From Catajapyx aquilonaris (Eukaryota): a stretch of DNA of 39,245 bases. Of the stretch, positions 33,556 through 39,245 are shown one piece after another. A program made the translations under genes and the position numbers. Position 1 is the stretch's first letter, and every line of letters begins with the position of its first letter. The stretch lies in assembly GCA_000934665.2 (NCBI GenBank), contig KZ538943.1, positions 1-39,245 of the forward strand. Direction: 5' to 3'. The notes beneath the pieces are model-generated. The model made no database searches. It was given only the letters and a program-made list of their open reading frames with translations, and had not been told where the DNA came from.

Positions 33556-35247
33556 GACCCCCCCCCCCCCCCCCGCCCCCGATGTCTTACAAGTCAGTCC
33601 TGCTTTAATCCTACCTAAATCTGGTTCAACGGGGGTAGTCCCCACCGAATTGTTGCATGGACAATTTGGTCCGGCACTGGAGCATTTGCTGCTGTGTTTA
33701 TGTTTCGAGGGATTGGGGCCAATGCAATGGTGTGAATCAATAGTCGCGCATCTTGGAAGATGTCGTCAGACACTTCCCAAAATGTCTCGCTTTGCCGGTC
33801 TGCTTGTACACATTGGGGAGAGCATTGCGCCTAAGGGAATTGAGTGAGTGACTTAGGGTTTTACCTTTTCTGCTTTTCAACGGGGCTTCTTGGGCCACTT
33901 CGCGCGGAAGGTGAGAAAAGGAGGGCCATATGAATCAAATTGGATTTGGACATTTACATTTGGCTAGTAAGCGTTGGATTATAAATAGTTTGATTTTTAT
34001 TCCTGTTTTGAAATAATAAACGATCACAGTTATTGTCTGACGCTGTACAACCAATACATTTGTCGTTTATATCGAGGGGAAAACCGCTTACATAGCTGAT
34101 CAAAAGAATGATGGCAATTGGGCTTTACCAATATCGGGAAAAATGTTTAATTCCATGAGTATTAAACCGCATCGATTGTCACAGAATGTCCCCATTTAAA
34201 GTGTTCCGCTTATCCAGGATGATTTCAGGTCCTGAATTTTAACCTGAATAAATAATTTGAAATCCGGTACCGATACACATACAGTATAATATACCCGTCA
34301 CGTTATCTCGGCCGTGTAATGACGGCTACTCATAATATTTTATGACACATTTTCATGAAAGTACAGTAGATTTATGATCAAACTTTAGAACCTTTAATGG
34401 CGCTGTTGGTTATTTATTATCGACACCCTGTAATTACCACCAAGTAGTAATTTGAAACACAAAAGGCGACTGTTGCATCTCCTTCCAGGATGTCCCCCAT
34501 GCCCCGGAGTCGTTTTAAGGACCCCCCATTGATTTTCACCCCCTCACTCAAAGTCACGACAAACATGCATCCCACCATGTAACTCACCATTCTACGTAAG
34601 TGTGGACACTAGAATTCTTGGAACTGACTGAAGCTCATTCCCCTCATCTTACCCCTTTTGTTTGCTAGCCAAACCGTGCTTCAAACCGAGTTACCCGCAT
34701 AGGGCAACTCCAGTGCGCATAGGGAACTGCAAACAATACCGACGCTTATGGCAACCTGTTTACAAAAGATATCACAAAGAAGCCGTGTGCCTAGAAGGCT
34801 CGGAGACAGAAGAGGAGCATGGCATCACACGCCCAGTTTTCCATGCACAAAGGAGGCGAGAAAGACCAAAACCCGCCAAAACCTCAACAGGGAATTTCAT
34901 TACAGACTACTTGTGCCCAGTAAAACTTCATTCTAACATACACCCTCAATAACTAGCAAATGGTCAAGACAGCTTGAAACCAACAATTCTTAAGACCTAT
35001 TACAAGCCAAGTCTCCAACTCTTTTCTACAGGGGGAAGTTGCTTGCACCAAAACGGAATCGATAGGCTGCCTCCTACCTACAGGGTGTCAAACTAGGGCA
35101 AGAGTGAAAAAATAATATGCCGCAGAGGTTTTTCCCCCTTCACGGCCGTTCTCGTTTCATATTAATGTCTCTCTGGCAAAACAACCCCTCAGCTGTGTGT
35201 CATTCCGGGCTCAAAATACACCCTAATTTGCAATACCAGCCCCTGGC

Positions 35248-35327
35248 TATATAAGGTGCTCGTGCTATCAGCGTTAGTTAGTTCCGGCAGTGTGTGCAAA
35301 AAAAAAAAAAAAAAAAGAAGGGTAAGC
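35248..35327 (+). promoter_or_regulatory. Pol II core promoter (TATA + initiator) with short first exon and splice donor
   Basis: CTATATAAGG at 35247-35256; TTAGTT initiator-like motifs with A+1 at 35276 or 35280 (about -30 spacing); AGG|GTAAGC donor at 35322. Confidence 0.6.
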
Positions 35328-38009
35328 TAAGTACCTGAGAAATGTCGACCTGCCACGTAGTCTCAGACCCGACTGAACCTTGAATGGCTAGTCACCCAGT
35401 GATCAATCCGTATAGTACTGCGTGTTCCGTTGCACGCAATGCGTCGCCCTGCAATCTTCGATTGGTTTGGCTTTTGGGGCGAGTCATGGTGTGTTTTGTT
35501 CCCCCCTTTTCTTCTGGTTCGGGACACGCTCTGTGTTGATGGCACATTCGGACCATGGTTTTCAAGTGCTGCATGGCAAAGACAAGAATTGCTGCGTGCT
35601 TTCCACACTTTTATACTAGGAATCGTTTTATGACACTTATTTTTTTTTTTACTGCAGCTAGAACGCGATGCTAATCTAGGAAAGGGGTGTACACTTTTCC
35701 CGCTAGTGTAATGCCATGGAGGAAATGGCCTCGAAGTAATATGCAACAGCTCGAGTGCGTGACTCCATAATATTAGGTCGACCTTTTGTAGACGGTGACA
35801 TGTAGATATTAGTAGCGGTATTCCGACATCTACACTCAGTAAAGTCGCCTGAGAACCAGCAAGTAAACCCTCTGCTTCAACACAAACATACCGTACAGTA
35901 GTCCCAGTTTGACCCTGAACTCGTCACCCCAATATTTTTTGCATAATTATGTCCAAGTGCAGGAAGTCTCTAACAATGCCGGAAACTTGGGGTCGGAAAG
36001 CACATCAAGAGCATCGCTGATTGTTTCAAAGAAAATTAGTGTCCAAACACTCTCTTCCGTTTCTTGTTACGCTCATCACCAAAACTGAAGGCCCACTTTG
36101 CGTCCTCAACTCGCAGTACCTAACACTGCATATACAGCGACGACTTTCCAAGCATTTTGTAGCCCCATAAACGCTCCAAATGACGGCCCTACCTTTGACC
36201 CCGCCTTACTGAAACAAGACGCTGAGCACACACCCTAGGACTCTGGCGTCACCTTGGCACACTCCCTCATTATATGCTCATCCAGAAGGAGGATTTGTCC
36301 GCTCCGTTCACGCGCGAGTCAACACATTTTCCTTCCCTAATTATCACGGGGCATGTGGGTAGGCGAATAATTAGCGAAGGTGGCTTGGTGCTTTTCCAGC
36401 CTCCTTTCAATTTGCAGCTCTTCCGAGCAGTTATTTGCGGGCGGGAAGCCAAGCATAGAAGGCAAACGGAGCTCTCTGCCGAAAAGCCAACATTCGGTCG
36501 ACTTCATTTCGGACCGGCGAAGGCGGGGGCATCGTTTGTCCTAAGGCTGAGGCGGAGATGACATCGTCATCTAATCGGACCACGGAATAATAAGCTGTAT
36601 GGTATTCCCCGCCAGATCTGATCCGGCTCGGCGAGACGCGGCGCGGCGGAAGACCAAGCCGGATCCACGCCTATTCGTGCGCAACCATTCGTTCGGAAGT
36701 TTTATGGACCAAACTGTGATATAAAGTAGTATCGGTAGGTTCATTAAGGTGAGATGAAACTTTGTCATCTTGAGTAATATTACATGAATCTTCTGCCTTA
36801 AAGCTTGTCCAGACGTCCATGAAAATATGTGCATGAGTTGCCAGAGGCTCCTATAGTGGCGGAGTGCCTGGGGGGTAGGGAAGGATCTAGGATCATTTGG
36901 CAGGCCCAGCAGCTTCCCAGAGTTTTCAGGATGGTGCCCACTGCAATGGACAAATTTTCTACAACTTTGGTAAGTTACATTGCTTGGAGGTCGGCCATTC
37001 TCTGAGCAATCAGAAGTGCAACTTGCTGTTTGTCCTTTGCGTGAAGCGCCCATTTTATCGCCCTTACAAAATAAAGAGATAGGGAAACGTGCGAGAAGAC
37101 GGGGAAGGTTTCTCAGTCTCTTCCTCAGGTCGAGTCTGGCAGGATTATCATCTGGATTGGCTCTGGTGATGCACATGGTGCAGGAGGATCCGAGGAAAGT
37201 TGAAAATTTACATCTTTCTTCGGATCCTCGTAAAAAGACGTCACATCACTGACTCCCCAGAGCCAATCCGTCGGATAATCCTTCCAGGTCTGAGTGCTAG
37301 GGTCGTCGGAACTCGCTCTCTCTCCAGGCGCAATATCTACGCATTTACATATCATTTTTCAGCCATTTGTGCTGATGCAGACGGCTACTAAGCAGTTACA
37401 GGCTATTATAACTTCCTGGCAGTGACCGAAGCAGTAGTGGTGGAGTGGATATGGTGTCCGACTGCTAATCGGGAGGTCCTGGGATCAAATCCCGGGACAG
37501 GCAACTCTGACCGTGGTTTTCTGTGGTTTCCCACGGTCCTTCCAGGAAAATTCCGGAGTTGCTACCAAAATTAATAGGCCACAGCCTCTTCCTTCCGTCC
37601 CTATCCTACCCCAAAGAGTACAGTAAAATGAAAAGCAAAGAGTTCCAGGCAAAACAAACTTCCCCCCTAAAGAGCCGAAAAAGGCTGATAACGGGGTATG
37701 AATTATTACTATTATTATGATTATGATTACTATTATTATTATAACTTCCTGGCAGTGTACTGTATACCACACCGCTCTTCAAAGAAATATATCCAATTAG
37801 AGAAGAAATCTTGTATTTTCATTTTGTGTTCTCAACAGACCAGGCCTGCCGAATGACCCTAGATCCTTCTCCACACCTCTAGGTGCCAGGAGCCGTGGGT
37901 AACTCGTGCACAAGTTTTCTTGGACATCTGGACGGGCCTGTACATCCTGGCGAGCTGCCTGGCGCAAAAGAGGAGACGGCTATCTCGCAAATAATGGTTT
38001 ATTCACAAG
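35280..38009 (+). ncRNA. Candidate spliced, extensively base-paired long non-coding (hairpin-RNA-like) gene. Proposed exons 35280-35321, 35658-?, 36418-36734/36748, 36804-36969, 37129-37287, 37839-38009; probably continues downstream
   Basis: Plausible acceptors and donors bound the segments. Exon 36804-36969 pairs with exon 37839-38009 over ~94 positions with 12 G-U vs 3 C-A on the + strand. Exon 37129-37287 is itself a hairpin. All three frames are closed in 36418-36561 and only short ORFs (~40 aa) appear where checked. Confidence 0.62.
37425..37736 (+). mobile_element. tRNA-derived SINE family B with (TTA)n-like tail
   Basis: A-box-like TGGTGGAGTGG and B-box-like GGATCAAATCCC; body GGTTTTCTGTGGTTTCCC...CCAGGAAAAT...AGGCCACAGCC resembles insect SINE bodies; 21-bp TSD TATTATAACTTCCTGGCAGTG at 37404-37424 and 37737-37757. 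Confidence 0.9.
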
Positions 38010-39245
38010 GTATGACCAAAATGTCCCCCCAAATGGGCCGAGTGTGCAGGAAGGATGCACATACAAGGGGTATTAATAAACTTTGCAGTAACCAATCAGT
38101 TCCATTGCCCTTAGCGAGGCAGTTTTATCAAACAAGTGTTGCTGCACGAGGCTGTTCATTAGCTAGAAATAAATACACTGATGGTGTCTTTCATGCTCAT
38201 CAGTACAGTTGTCAGGTAGAAAATAATAATGAGATCTGGTACCTACAGTGTATACTCAACCATTTTCTAAACCAACTCGCTAATGTACTGTACAGTATAG
38301 AGTTCCTTCTGCAATTTTTAAATCCTGCAAATCCGGCTTCCTGAATTTTCGATTTTTCTCAGGTGGCACAAATTGCCACTTGTTCCATTTTATGTACTGT
38401 ACGTTTAAAAAAGTGTAGTTATGGTTCAGAGGGGTTTCAAGTGAAAACTTTTTTGTCACACTCACAGGTGTTGTAACATGCATACATGTCCTCTACTCAT
38501 CTATCCCGCCCGTGCACTGGGTCAAGTTCAGGACAAGAATGTGTGATCTGAGAATCGCCATCTTGGATTCCAAGAGTCCAACGCAAGTTCTGTAAACCAA
38601 ATTGTAAATTATACATTTTATATGGGTAATTTATATGAAGTAATTTATATTAAGTAAAAGAAAAAGAGAATCATTATTAAGATTATGAAACCCTTTGACT
38701 GTTGGCTACATCGTTTAATCCGTGCATATGGCGGGAATTTGACAGGAGCTTCGTTCCCACCAATAAGCATTCGGCCTCTTCTCGTCGGGGTTGCATCCCT
38801 GATGTTATTCTTAAGAGTTTGCATTTTAATTTTAAAATATTATTGTGTTATTTGTAAAATTTTCATATTTATATTTTTAAAACTAAATTTTTACACAGAT
38901 TTTTACGCAAATGTTACCCATAACCCCAAGGTAAATTATTCACATATTTGCGGTATAAAGAGAGCATGTCTGCAATGATGATAGAGAAAAAGCGCAGGTG
39001 GAGAATATGCCTGTAAACGTCCGTTGGCACCAATGTAGATCTGGCCTGATTAGTTGCTCCAGTGGGACTTGAATGGAATTTCTGTAATAAAAGGAGACAC
39101 AACGCTCGTGCTTTTGGGACACGCAAAACCTGTTGATCAGCATAGAAACACAAGATGCAGTTGGGCTGTCGCATCCTCGTTTGGTCCATCACATCGCACT
39201 CATTCTGCCGAGTACATGGGCTTTCAGTACAGAATAGGCCCAATA

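Noticed and set aside
33374..33847. 157-aa ORF
   Set aside because: Artefact of reading through the N gap.
36571..37176. 201-aa minus-strand ORF
   Set aside because: No recognisable domain. It runs antisense across predicted exons and introns of the structured RNA, and the splice signals and G-U bias favour the + strand.
36704..39189. 11-bp complement ATGGACCAAAC / GTTTGGTCCAT
   Set aside because: About chance level for this span, and it crosses the 36437/38504 pairing.

Overview
Eukaryotic, most likely arthropod, genomic DNA: GT-AG introns, TTAGG repeats, and many MITEs and SINEs. One complete coding sequence lies on the minus strand: six coding exons (19548 down to 2460, 1044 nt, 347 aa, all splice phases consistent) encoding an EF-hand protein of the sarcoplasmic calcium-binding protein (SCP)/calexcitin family with an N-terminal extension. 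A probable terminal exon of a convergent plus-strand gene lies at 1344-1522. Mobile elements include the 3' end of a Gypsy-like LTR element, TA-, TTAA- and 8-bp-TSD MITEs (one nested), a non-autonomous Helitron, two tRNA-derived SINE families sharing a 3' tail, and a microsatellite-associated element carrying TTAGG repeats. The most notable unexplained feature is at about 35.2-38.0+ kb: a plus-strand TATA/Inr promoter followed by several exons with plausible splice sites and no meaningful ORF. These exons base-pair with each other into a long rod, with a plus-strand G-U bias (12 G-U vs 3 C-A). This is a candidate spliced, hairpin-RNA-like structured lncRNA gene. All calls were made by eye, with no database searches or folding programs run.
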